A stretch of 63,155 nucleotides of DNA, filler included, from Lenisia limosa (Eukaryota > Protista > Breviatea), in assembly GCA_001655205.1 (NCBI GenBank). It is 5 parts of 5 records of this genome, joined end to end, with 100 filler letters (N's around TTAATTAATTAA, not from the genome) between each part and the next. Parts side by side here need not be neighbours in the genome. Positions count along the whole stretch, not along the records: positions 29,785 to 53,782 come from LPNZ01001871.1; positions 53,883 to 60,288 come from LPNZ01007970.1; 3 more parts are not named here. One strand, given 5' to 3'. The notes beneath the pieces are model-generated. The model ran no database searches. It saw nothing but the letters and a program-made list of their open reading frames with translations, and had not been told where the DNA came from. A program made the position numbers and the translations under genes. Shown here piece after piece: positions 41,837 to 54,012 of the stretch. Positions within the stretch are counted from its first letter, which is position 1, and every line of letters starts with the position of its first letter.

Positions 41837-43568
41837 ATGTGTTGGACCATCCTTCGCATTGGCCACATTGAGTAAGATGAGTGTGTCATTATTCAGAGCC
41901 CCCGTTGGAGTCTGACTAACAAGACTGCTATTGTCACTGGTGGTACTAAGGGAATCGGGTGGGCTGGGATACGCAGAACCGGTGGTGTACTTCTTCTTTT
42001 CATTCACCCTTACCCCTTCTTATCAGCCTTGCCTGCGTGAAGGAGTTGGCAACCCTAGGTGCTGAAGTCCTTTTCGTTGCAAGGGACCAGGTTTGTCATA
42101 GTTGTGCGTGGCCCTAACACCCGAAGGAGACTGTACAATCTGTTGAAGTGTCTTTGAAGCAGGAGGGTCTCAATGTGGTGAGTGATGGTGAGTATTGTGC
42201 AATATATACTCATCCAGGGGAACCCCTGCCTGAAGAGTGAGGATTTATTATAATCTCAGCACGGATTGTCTGGAGACGCTGCCTCAAACGAAGGAGCAAA
42301 GGCCATGGTTGATTTTGTGGGGTGGGGGGAGCCAACTTGGTTTGGAGATGTATTGAATTAACTCTGTAGGTGAACAATTCGTTCAAGGGACAACTTGATA
42401 TGTTTGTGGGGGATTCTGTACTTCTGAATGCTAATACCACGTGATATTGGCAATAACTCCGTTTCAGTTTGGTGAACAATGTCGGCACCAACATCCGCAA
42501 ACCCACTGCCGAGTTTTCTGACTCAGAAATTGAACACATCATTAACACTAACCTGGTGGCCTCAATGAAACTCACGTTTGGGGGCAGAAATGTGGATCAA
42601 CCATTGGTCGAAGAGAAATAGTAAAGTGTGTTAGAGAAATTTCAAAAGAACGTAGTATGTATTTCCCGTAAAAATAATCTCAAATATTAACACGTGACAC
42701 AACATACTATTTGCAACATTGTGATGATATTCAATGGACCAACACCATCAAATGGCAAATGAGATGATGTTAACATCTCTTAAATGGCATGGAGTGATAT
42801 TTGATAGACTTTTATGAGTGTACCACAGTTCATGTTTCAGGCGTGATTTGTACCCAATGCTCAAGGCAGCCAGCCGTTCTTCAGTCGTCAACATCGCCTC
42901 AGTAGCCGGGCAAACGGTCATCAAGTCGGGCAATGCTTACTCCATGTCCAAGGCTGGCCTCATCCAGGTGGGGGGGCACCGTGTACCCTCCAGGGGCTCC
43001 GAGCGACGCTGCGGAGTCAAACTCAAGGGGAGATTTTGGGGGGGTCCTGAGTGGGGGGGAGTATGAAATGAAAAATTGGATTCGGCTTTACACTTTAGAT
43101 GACCAAGTACCTTGCAGTGGAGTGGGCTGATGATGGCATTCGCGTCAACGCCATTGCACCTTGGTACATTGACACCCCTTTGGTTGCCCCCGTGCTTTCC
43201 AACAAGGAGAAACTGAAGACAGTGAGCTAATTTAATGCCTTTGTGCTTGGGATTAACAGGCTAACAAGTTCAGCGCTATCTCGCCAACTGTTTTTTTTTT
43301 TTTTAGCCCATTTTATCTAACTAATCGTTTTGACCCCCAATGCCTCTCACCCCCTAGATCACTGATCGCACCCCCATGGGGCGTGTGGGTCAGCCTGAGG
43401 AGGTGTCCGCTGCCGTAGCCTTCCTCTGCCTGCCTGCTGCATCATTCATCACAGGTTGGCTGGTGGGAGCTTGATTGATGGTGTTGCTATGTCACTCACT
43501 GCGCAGGCCAGGACCTTTCAGTTGACGGAGGTTTCACTGCGAGCGGCTGGTGGCCTGCTATGCCCTAA
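41837..43568 (+). CDS. Tropinone-reductase-like short-chain dehydrogenase/reductase (start approximate)
   Basis: [104 protein letters not shown]. Confidence 0.92.
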
Positions 43569-43657
43569 GAATTGCCTTAAATTACGAATACATTGCTCAG
43601 AAGAACAGAAAACTCAGATGGCCCTCTTGGAACGGACGAAAACAGATAAACAAAGGA

Positions 43658-46600
43658 TTAGATCAGGTTCAGCGTTTGTGTTGCCAAGGTCTGGACCTCC
43701 TGGTTCTGAAACGTCAAGGGGTTTAGTGAATCGGCAAAACCGTGACTCCCTACCTCGGCAGTTGAAAGGTGCTGAATACAGGACCTGAGATCTCGCAATG
43801 AAGGAAGTGCCCCGGCCTGGGCCAAGTTGAAAAATGTCTACTGTGTTATTGGGATTATCCATAAAATAAGCCCACCTTTGCGCAAGCGTAAGCTATATGC
43901 TGATATGGGGAGTACGACAATTCAATCATAGCTCCAATGGCTCCGCAGGCGGCAACACTACCAAGAACCTGCTTATTAAGATTTGTGTGCAAATTCAAGA
44001 GCGGCATGCCCTTTCTGCCATTTTTCATGAATATATTTCCATTCACATAGACACATACACAGGTATTTATTATATCATTTGATATATAGTATATTATATG
44101 ATATATATACCTATACATGTATATATTAGATCAATAGTATGTATGCATATATACTATGCCCAAAAGTGTAGCAAACCTTTTTCATTTGCTCATCAAACTG
44201 TTCACCCATGGGCTGGGAAGACAACGAGGATATAGCCATAGACGCCAAGTTCTGCACCTCACTGAACAGTCACCTTAATGCCGGCTATTCAGTCTCAAAT
44301 TTCACCGGAATCCTCACCTATCTTCGCTCTCCAAGAGCTTAACAGCAGTGGGTAGGATATTTGAGGTATGCGACGAGAGGGCAAGTTTGGTTTCGATGCT
44401 TCCTTTGGCAAGTTGCAACAGAGTCCAGGCAGCAAGATGTTGCGCATTCGCACTTGACGACTGGTTTGTCAATGAACTCGAATGCAATATTTCAACTTAA
44501 ATGTAAGTATGAGCCCCCCCCCACAGCAGCGAAGTTAGTCAGGTAAGAGGCTATGCCCTCCTGAAGCAGTACCAAATGCGTTGAGGCAGATGTTGAAATG
44601 TTACCTGCGTCATAAATCGCGGACATGTGAAACAACTCGTAGCCTGGCTCCCCCCCCCCCCCNNNNNNNNNNNNNNNNNNNNNNNNNNNNNNNNNNNNNN
44701 NNNNNNNNNNNNNNNNNNNNNNNNNNNNNNNNNNNNNNNNNNNNNNNNNNNNNCCCCCAGAAAAAGACTAACAAGAGGAAAATAACAAGCCAGACTAGCA
44801 TCGGAATATGTATCAAGTTGAGAATTGAACCCACCAATTGCACCAGCTGCGTTGGCGCGAAGCGTGGCGTCCTGACTGTTTGTGAGCTTGATGAGAACCG
44901 GCATAGCGCCGTAGGCCACCAGCGCTGGTTTGATGACGTCAGCAACAGCCACAACCGCCACTGCCGCCGCCGCTTCTGATTGGACCTGAAAGGAAGGTCA
45001 CACGGCCGTATATCCCATGATCTGGACTATTGTTTCAGAGTCACAGAAGCCAACCATTGAATTCGGAGTCTTTAAGAGAGCAAGAAGGGGTCTCAGGCCG
45101 TCAACTTCCACAATCTTCTCCTTGATTGTGTCTAAACGATAAGAGGCCTCGATCTTTGATCAAAATTCTCACCGTTAGCACTCAGGTTCCGAAGGCAGCC
45201 TGCAGAGTTCACAAGCACTTCCGTGTCGTCGCTAAACAGTAAATACTGACAGGAGGCAGAACTGCGAGTGAAGCTGGGGATAATATCCTAGAGAATTCCA
45301 GGAGTGAAGATTTGACCAAATGAGCACAATCCCGCATACTGTTTGAAAAGGTCAAGCAGAACGGGAATACACCCTGAGTTGAGCATGGGAATCTCGTTTG
45401 ACTAGTGAGTTAAGAGAGTTTGTCAACATTTCGACTTTCATCCTCTTGATGGCCAACCACCCACTTCATGAATGGACAGGTTTCTTAGAAGGGCCGCCGC
45501 TGCCCGCAGAGTTTCAACAGTCTGTTCCATAAAACAGCATTCAGAAGCACACATATGATACAACTCTCTTCCCAACCCTCACATGGGATGTGGTGATGAC
45601 TGAGATAATGGACTTGAGCGCCCCGGTCATGACAATTGATCTTTGATGCTCCTCTAAAACATGAGAAAGCTCGGGTGGCAGAAAAAAGATTGAGGGCAAC
45701 AGTAATGATGCCACGACAAACCATCACTGGCCAGATTTCTGAGAGCCAAGCAGGCTTGACACTTCACTCTCTCGTCATCAAAGGAAAGCTAAAAAGGTCA
45801 CGTTGCTTTGGTCAAAAGAGATGACATTTTCAATTTCCACGCACTTTTGCCAAAAGACAGCGCACAGCCCCGGCAGAAGCCAAGGGGTCGCGGAGAGTTG
45901 CCTCCACTGCAAGATTCGATACTCCGGCCAGGGCATAGAACGTGGCCTACATCGTAAGTATTCAAAGACAAGATCCCAGGAATAGGAAGATGATCCTGTT
46001 GATAGTAGTAAAAAGTGTATTCAATTTTGATCCACAGAAGACCACAGCAGCTGGAGCTTACGTCGGCATCGCCATGAGCACAGAGATGGAGTAGGCCTGG
46101 AATGGCCCCTAAGGCGGACACCTCCTCACGGAATTGGGCTGGGAGGTAAACAAGGAAATCAAACGAGACTCTGTATTTAAGTAGTGATGGAAAAGATGAA
46201 TGCAAATCATACTATAACCATTCACTGTTTGACTCATATCATTCAGCATTTTCATATTGTACACCACCATGCACAACCAAACCCACATGAATTGGCGGTG
46301 ATATTTGTAATGGCCCCAGCAGCAAAACAGGCAACTTCTGGGAAACCTAAAACGCATTAGGTTTCACAATACTTCAAAAACTAATAAGGTCTTGGCCTTG
46401 CAATACTACTCTAGTCAATATGGCATGTAAGTTTGTCCAAAGAATCAAAGGAAAGCCAAAACGAATACGAACTTGTTTTTTGGACATTAACTTTCGTTTG
46501 GCAAACGTTAAAGTAAAGTGTTATTATATTTTCATTTCAACAAACCAGAAGACAGAAGCGCCACAAGCTGTGTTGATGCATTCTAAAAGCGTTAGCAGTA

Positions 46601-47330
46601 CCAGTACAAAGAGCCGAAAAGTCACATTGCCGGATAACTCACGGCTTGCATGAGAGCCTCCTTGTTTTGCTCTGTGAACGCAATGTTGGATAGTGCGGCA
46701 ACTACAGATGGTCAAAGCCACTGCCACTCAAAAGCCCATGATAAGGTCTCTTCTAATGGAAAGAGGCTTCAAGCCGACAAAGGCAAATCCAAACATACCA
46801 GCAGGCTTCAGGATGGCAATATCTTTTGAGCGGGAGAGGAAAATCAGAGGCTCCAGGGAGAGGGCTGATAACTGGCCTTGGTAGTCTAAATAAATTATTT
46901 CAAATAAAAAATAGTATAACTTGGACAATTTCTTCTTGAAATATTAATGGTTACGATGCAAACCTTCGGTGGCCTCAGAGTAGGTCACAGCTGCACTGGA
47001 TGCGTGAGTATGACTCCCTCTCCCCAATTTGCTTCAACCATGGAAAATATACTTGGACAACCAGGAAACATGGAAAGAGCCGATAGCCAAACCTCCTTTG
47101 TAGCTCAGGGTTGGTTGAGAAAGCCAATGTCCTAAGGCACTCGTGAGGCTCGCCTTGGAAGAAATCCACTCCATGCTTGTGTTCAAGATAATGCATTACG
47201 GAGTTGACACTCTCTTGCTCATCATCGGGAAGAAGAGGCTCATACCGTTCCTCATCCACCCCGTCAGATGAACCTGCTAGTAAATCCATTTTGCCTATTC
47301 ATACTCACCTTTTCCACAGCAATTTCCCAT
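43658..47330 (-). CDS. VAC8: Vacuolar protein 8 (armadillo repeats) with N-terminal MGNCC acylation motif
   Basis: A 22-nt first exon encodes MGNCCGK. It is followed by RYEPLLPDDEQESVNSVMHYLE..DFFQGEP..LRTLAFSTNPELQRSAAVTYSEATE and ARM repeats (LRANAAGAIG; LGAIPGLLHLCAHGDADV). Confidence 0.88.
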
Positions 47331-47602
47331 TATCGGTCTTTCATTCAAGATATTTAATTATTTATAAATTTTATAACTACTCAGCAACTCTTGATAATTG
47401 GGAGGGTTGGTGGAGGTCAATGAACAGATTTAAAAATCGGAAGAGTCGGTAAGTCCAGTTCCTTTAAAATTACAGGTTTGGCATTCGCACCATTTTTCCA
47501 TTCAACAGTTTTGTAGCAGTTTGAAGCGTTTGGGGGAAGGGTTTGAGGGTTTGTGCTGGGGAAAAAAGTTAGCTGGTTTTGTAACGCGCAACATTCATAT
47601 CA

Positions 47603-50600
47603 ATGAGACTACTTAGTTGGTGGCTGCTTGCCACCCTCTTCGCCATTACATTGGCAACTCCGAGGTAAATTGGGCGTGTGGTGTGGTGAATGGTGAATGG
47701 TGAATGGTGAATGGTGAATGGTGAATGGTGAATGGAGGGTTGTGGTCAAATGATTAGGATTAGGGTTAACAGATTGTTCTGATTCTGATGTCTATATTTA
47801 GCCCACGCGTTTCACACTTCAGCATGACCTCAAGGGGCTATGTTCAACTTGAGCTTGATGAGCCAACCCAGGCCAACCATGCAGCCACCTTTGGAAGTCG
47901 GTAACATCCGCCTCACCTTACTAACCCTGCAGTGGTGCGATGCATGATTGGTCCTGAAGTCCCGGACGGCCTGATACTTTCCCTTAGTAACGTCAAACGC
48001 ATCGCCGGCGGCAGTCAGGCCGACTTCACCATCGAGGTGGCTGGGATTATTGTCTTGTGGGTCACCTTGAAACCAGGTGGTACTAGTAGCACTTGGGTCC
48101 GATCCAGGACCAATTACACTTCATTTTCTAGCAATATTCAAGTGCACCACACCAAACAAAAACAAATAATTTGAGCAACAAATTGGAATCTAGTCAAAAA
48201 CTGGAGCAAATTACNNNNNNNNNNNNNNNNNNNNNNNNNNNNNNNNNNNNNNNNNNNNNNNNNNNNNNNNNNNNNNNNNNNNNNNNNNNNNNNNNNNNNN
48301 NNNNNNNNNNNNNNNNNNNNNNNNNNNNNNNNNNNNNNNNNNNNNNNNNNNNNNNNNNNNNNNNNNNNNNNNNNNNNNNNNNNNNNNNNNNNNNNNNNNN
48401 NNNNNNNNNNNNNNNNNNNACTGCGGTTTCTTGTTCTTTTGAGTCTGGATGGGCCGAAGTACCACTGTGTCTCCCTGGTACTTGGTGAAGGAATTTAAAC
48501 TTATAAAGCTGTTTGCAGTGGTGCAATACCAATGATGGGTGGTTCTGTTTTACATTTCTTAATGGATGAGACGGATAAAAGTGTTCACATTATTTAGTGC
48601 AATGCCCTGTTGAACTTGGCGCGATTGACGCCACAAATTGCACAGAAAGTGGGCCGGATTGATAATCAGCTTGATGAACACTAAATAGACAACCAATATT
48701 TAATACCCAATGGAGCAGGCTACTTTTTTGTAATATTGATTTAAAACTTGTAACCAGCCCCCAGGTTTTTACGACTATGGTACAGTGTGTTCAGCGACAT
48801 GCACTTCGGATAGCTCAACACACCACTTCGTACGGGGCTCTCCTCCAATATTAAGTTTCCATTTGCCTTCACTGAATTTTTAAAAGAGCTGTTTTTTTTT
48901 TGTTATTTTACCGATCATTATTTGGTGTGGCAGCTTCTACAAATAACATTTTCGAACCGAAATGTTATTGTTCTCAACTTAACTAACTTTTAACACATTT
49001 CAGACCTGCTTGGAGACAAAGAGATTTGACAGCTCATGTACAAAAGGTCAGTGTAAAATAATCATGGTTGCTCAGAATGTACCCAACTCACCTCACCAGA
49101 GTATATTCCGCTGACCTGTGGTGATAATGGTGACTCTCAAATCGGAAATGTTGGAATGTAGTAGCATGTGTGTTTTTAGATATGATTTTAACCTATTAAA
49201 TAATAGCAATTATGAGTATATATGATCCCATTTAACGTTGTTTCCTTCCCGTCCGTTCCCTGATAGCATAGAAACAAACAGCAGCAGTGTACCATCCCAA
49301 TTCATACCAGCCCATTGAAGCTGACGGATGGTTTGTTGAGGCTTACGCCTGCATTGTTACTTTCTAGGTTTGATGATGTTGTTTTTGCCGTTCAGCTAAT
49401 TCGAACGATGTGTCTTGTCGACTCAAGTAGGGGAAATTGTCTTTATATAAAAACCTTTCGACCTCTTTTCTTAGAGCGTGGGGTCAACCATTTTTCTCAT
49501 CTTCTTAAGGTTATAAGATATATTGTGTGGGGCAAAACGCATATAACGAGGTGAGTGGACGTTAGCCCTTCTTTTTCATTGTGTAGATTGATACAACTAC
49601 CAATGATCCCATTGGAACGCCAACACTTTCAATGGACTTTGGAGCTATCGGTGAAGTTGTTTCTCACTTTGTCTCGGGAGCATACCATCATACCGTCGTC
49701 TTGAGTGGGTGTTGGTTTGCCTCTTCATCTCTAAGCTTTGTATTTTATTTCCATATTATTGGGAAGTACCTGGAGAAAAGTAATTTCATATTAAAGTACA
49801 AGGTTCACACAATCTAATCAATACTAGAGTCTGGAAAGGCCTATACATGGGGCTTTAACCATTTTGACCAGCTTCTGAGGGACTATTCGCTAAACAGTGA
49901 AGGAACACCCACGCAAGTGAGCGGATTGCTTTCGTTGAACACATGAGATCCCTTTGACGTTTCAGGTTAGTCTTCCTGCCGGAAGATTGGCTGTTAACAG
50001 CTATACGGCCTACTACGTTTCTGTATTTGAACTTGGTAGGCCGAATATTTCGTAGCATGGGTCTTTTGCACCCAGGAAATCATCCTTCTTGTTCGAGTAA
50101 CGTAGTAGATGACGGCACCTTCTATGGAGGAGGGTATAACGGTAATGGCGGTCTTGGGGCTGCAATAGACTCCATGCCTGCCCAAATCATTGACACAACT
50201 ATTCCTGATACGGTATGTGGCCTAAACAGCATCGGGTGTTGTCGTCAGTTTACCTTTGACTGCATAGTCAAGTCTTGTGAAGCAGTATTCGTTTGGAGAT
50301 AAGTCTCTTATCTTGACCGGTGAGTTTTGAGAACAGTTTTAGTTAGACAAGCTACCCCCCTCCCCGCATTTATTCTTGTAGAAAATGGAAATGTCTTTGC
50401 ACGAAGCACCACAGCAAGTTTGGGGCGAGTGCCTCTTTTTGCTTTGTTATGTATCTGAAAGTTTGAGCTTAAGATTTAGGCTGGGCGCAACAGGCTTGTC
50501 TTGGGTCCACCTCCAACACCTTTGTTCAGGTTGGTGGTCTATTCATCTTTGTCTCCCGTGCATTTTTCTCTTTTTACTATGATGTTGGATTTTTCCAGTT

Positions 50601-51320
50601 TGAAAGAAACTCTTTATCCTTTTCAGACGAACCCCTCTCTTCAGGGGAATGTAGACACTTTTACCTGCAACACTGATAATATGTGTGTCTTTCTCTTGTG
50701 TATGTGGAGGGAGTACTGCTGTTGTTTACCAGATTGGAAGTCAGTTCTACTTACCTCTTCAGTTAGTGGAGACATTATGATGTGTGCAAACGGAGACTAT
50801 ATTCCTGGTCATACTGGAGCAAGTGGTGTTCCGGTAGGTTTCTTCCAGTAATGATGAGATCAATATGTGTTCAGCAACTCAACATGTTAGATTAATATCT
50901 CCTCTGCGGTTAACGCGAACTGCGACGCCGGAAAGAAGATCACAAAGATCAAGGGTGGCATCCATGGTGTCATGTACTTCTTTGGAGGTTGGGCCGGACT
51001 TCTTTGCGGTCACTGCCAATTCAACAATGTCATCTTCCAGAATGTTCTGCAACTAAGGTGTTTGGCATATCGAGTGGCTTGGCACCCCCCATGTGTCGCG
51101 GTTCATCTGCTGCAAAAACGGTTGGAGGGCACGGAAGAAAGACTCTAAAGATGATCTTGTAACGACGTAGGTGTACGAGGTGATGACCACAACGAAACCT
51201 GTGGAAGACGTGCTGGGAAGCTATTCACAAACATTGGTGTTGACTTCCAAGTAGATTTATTTGCTATTATTAATTCTCTGTATTACATTCAATAGAAAAG
51301 AAAAAAAAAGATAAATGAAA
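47603..51320 (+). CDS. Secreted Sushi/CCP-like + RCC1/BLIP-II-repeat protein, paralog B (3' end approximate)
   Basis: Signal-peptide-like MRLLSWWLLATLFAITLATP. Cys exons VQCPVELGAIDATNCTE / GFYDYGTVCSATC. RCC1-like exons VSHFVSGAYHHTVVL-ESGKAYTWGFNHFDQL and DDGTFYGGGYNGNGGLG. Confidence 0.7.
47687..47735. repeat. (TGAATGG)7 microsatellite in first intron of RCC1 paralog B
   Basis: Seven perfect 7-bp units. Confidence 0.95.
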
Positions 51321-51396
51321 GAAGAAACTACCACACATCGACAGAAGACCCCAAGCCCACGGGTCAAAAACAACAAAATAAAATAAAAAACACTCC

Positions 51397-53478
51397 CTAA
51401 TCACTATTGTCGCCATCCAAGGCGCCGGCAAGAGCTGCGTCTAATGACAGCCCCGGAATCATTTGGTCCAATGCAACCCCACCTGAAACGTTCATTGCTT
51501 ACTTATATCACATCATATAAATAATATACTGGATGAAAATAGAAAAGGAGGTATCTAGCCGAGGCCGTCTATACAATCATTGTTTTACATTCACACATCC
51601 ACACATCCATTGTTTTACATCTAGATTGATATCATCCCAGAATATCACTACATGAACCATATCCACCCCTACCAGATTCCTCCTGTGTCCCAAGAATAAA
51701 GGGAAGTGATGACGTGGGTCCTGAAGAATGAGACATGACCAAACGCAGTAATGCCCACCGCCACCGGAGCTGCCACATGAATCGTCGTCTTCCACGGGTA
51801 TCAAGTCATCCTCCCCATTTAGACTGCCGTTGAGACTTTCGCTTTCTGGGCTTTCAACAGGCATCCCACACAAACGCTTTTCTAATTGGTTAACACAATT
51901 TCCTGACTGCCAAAAACGACCCACCGTCGTCACTTTCTGACTCCTGTTTCTTGTCCGCTGCTTCTTCCTTTTCCTTGGCCTCGCGGGCTTTGCGGGCCCT
52001 TCGCTACAAATGTTACGCAATGTCATAATTCAGATGGAGTCTTTGTTCCTGATTGGAGTGAAACCCTACTACATCGCACTTTGTTTATACTAGCCTGGAT
52101 GTGATAGCTGTCGGTAATATCGGGTGCTGTATAAAGTAGCAATAAGGAGAATAAAAAAGATTATTATTGAAACATTTGCCTTGTAAAATGGTGCATGTAC
52201 AGTGCCTCCTCAGAGAATACCAAAAAAGATTCGCGGAAATTAGTGCGATGTCCCACAAACCGCCTTCTGTCTTGCAATGGCTTGACGATGCTCCCGGTAG
52301 TCCTCCTCGGTCATGCCTTGCGACTCCAAATACTGTGAACGGTGGACACTCGTCAGCTTTTTAATCTGAAGACATGAGCGTAATGTAAATCATCACGCTG
52401 GAAGAAAACTATAGAACATGTTAAAATAAAATTTGAAGTCATAGTATCAGTTATACTAAGGGCTTCCCTGCGGTCCGAAAAAAACTGTCAAAATATCGAT
52501 CGAGAATTTATCAGGAAATTCAGTCTTTTTTGGGAGCGTAGGGAAGCACTAGGTATAGTATAACCCAATTAAGGCAACCAGCTCAAACCTGTCTGAACTC
52601 CAAAAGGGCTTGGGCCATGTCTTTTCTCCACAACACTTCCCGAAAAGCTGGGCAAATGATAGAAGGTTACGATTCGTGAAACAACTGTGCGTTGATATAT
52701 AAAGAGATGAAAAATAAAAAAAGGTTGTATCTGGCAGCCGTCCGCCATCACGCTTTTAAGAGATATTGGATTACAGTATAATATTAATTCACCCAATCAT
52801 TTGCCTCACAACTCTGTACAGCTATTAATGGCTTTTATGCCTTGAAACAAGCCCACAATACCTTGTTTGAGAGGTACCCATTTTCGTTTTCTTCTCTCCA
52901 TTTCATACCTACAAAGGTGTCAGCAAATGAGGGTGTTCATAATTTTCTTCCCAACAAGATTTAGCCCCCTCCACTAACCATTTATCACTCTGGCCTTCAA
53001 CCTTAAATGCAAAATAATGTGTTTTCGTGTTTCGAACCTGAAGGGTTACAGCTTGCAGGGTTGGAAGATGAGATTTACCCCAAAACCTTGTCTCGGAGTA
53101 CTCCAAGGCTTTCTTCGAGCACACCATAGAAGCCCCCTTCTTCTGCTACCTCTCTTTCAGCCGTCTTAGAGGTAATTTTAATCGCACCATAATAATAGAC
53201 AAAGGATGGTAACAGTACTCACAAGTTCAACTGGTTCGTTGTTTTCATTGGTACCTCCTGGAAGGATCCATCGATCATCGTATGTTCTTGAGGAAACTAG
53301 TGCAATACGAACTCCAGCCTGGGTGGTCATACGAGACATACGAAGGGCAACATACATAGTGATCTTGAGGGTCGACAAACTGGTATGTCACACAAGCTGC
53401 TCTTTTCTTTGTGATCTTCCTTTTCGGCTTTATCCTTTTCGGCCTTCCTATATTAGTTGCTTTAGGAGAGCTATCCAT
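51397..53478 (-). CDS. DIPP/NUDT3-type Nudix hydrolase with long charged C-terminal extension
   Basis: KKRAACV, ALVSSRTYDDRWILPGG and the Nudix box (PGGTNENNEPVE...TAEREVAEEGG), then RRKRKWVPLKQAFREVL. The tail includes RRARKAREAKEKEEAADKK and an acidic stretch. Extra 5' exons up to the 53782 join are possible. Confidence 0.85.
52460..52549. mobile_element. Palindromic MITE-like element, family P, copy 2 (in Nudix intron)
   Basis: gggcttccctgcggtccgaaaaaaactg ... cagtcttttttgggagcgtagggaagcac, with TA-containing flanks. Confidence 0.7.
52725..52821. repeat. Dispersed ~90-bp repeat, family H, copy 2 (Nudix intron)
   Basis: ttgtatctggcagccgtccgccatcacgcttttaagagatattggattacagtataatattaattcacccaatcatttgcctcacaactctgtacag. 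Confidence 0.85.
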
Positions 53479-53782
53479 TTTCCGACGACGAAGGCGAAGG
53501 GCGCAGTTGTTGTCTTCGAGAAAATACAGCAGGAGTGAAAAGAGTGACAGCAAAAGCTAAGGAAACGCTCTAATATCTTCTTCTTTTCTTCAAATACTTA
53601 TTAAAATACCAATCTTCTTCTTTGGGGAGAGCTGTGCTTAAATCAAAGATGATGTGTCTGTCAGCTAACTCTACTACTGCTGGATGGCTTTGCACACTTG
53701 ATGAATTCTTTAATTATTTCGAGGAAAAGAGGCCATTTTTTCGCCAAAAACCAAGTTCAAATACTCGATCATGGGATCTCTT

Positions 53783-53882
53783 NNNNNNNNNNNNNNNNNN
53801 NNNNNNNNNNNNNNNNNNNNNNNNNNTTAATTAATTAANNNNNNNNNNNNNNNNNNNNNNNNNNNNNNNNNNNNNNNNNNNN
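53783..53882. other. Artificial scaffold spacer
   Basis: N44-TTAATTAATTAA-N44. Confidence 0.97.
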
Positions 53883-54012
53883 TGATAACATGAAACAGAG
53901 GTTTGATAAAACTAAGCATGCGTACCAGACGATATCATATTACGCTGCATAGTTGCAAGGCATATTGTAAACAAACTACCTGGCATACATTAACCCCACC
54001 TTTCCACCATAG

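Noticed and set aside
47687-47735. (TGAATGG)7 as a possible telomeric/interstitial telomere repeat
   Set aside because: Does not match known telomere units I recognise; intronic and short, so treated as an ordinary microsatellite.
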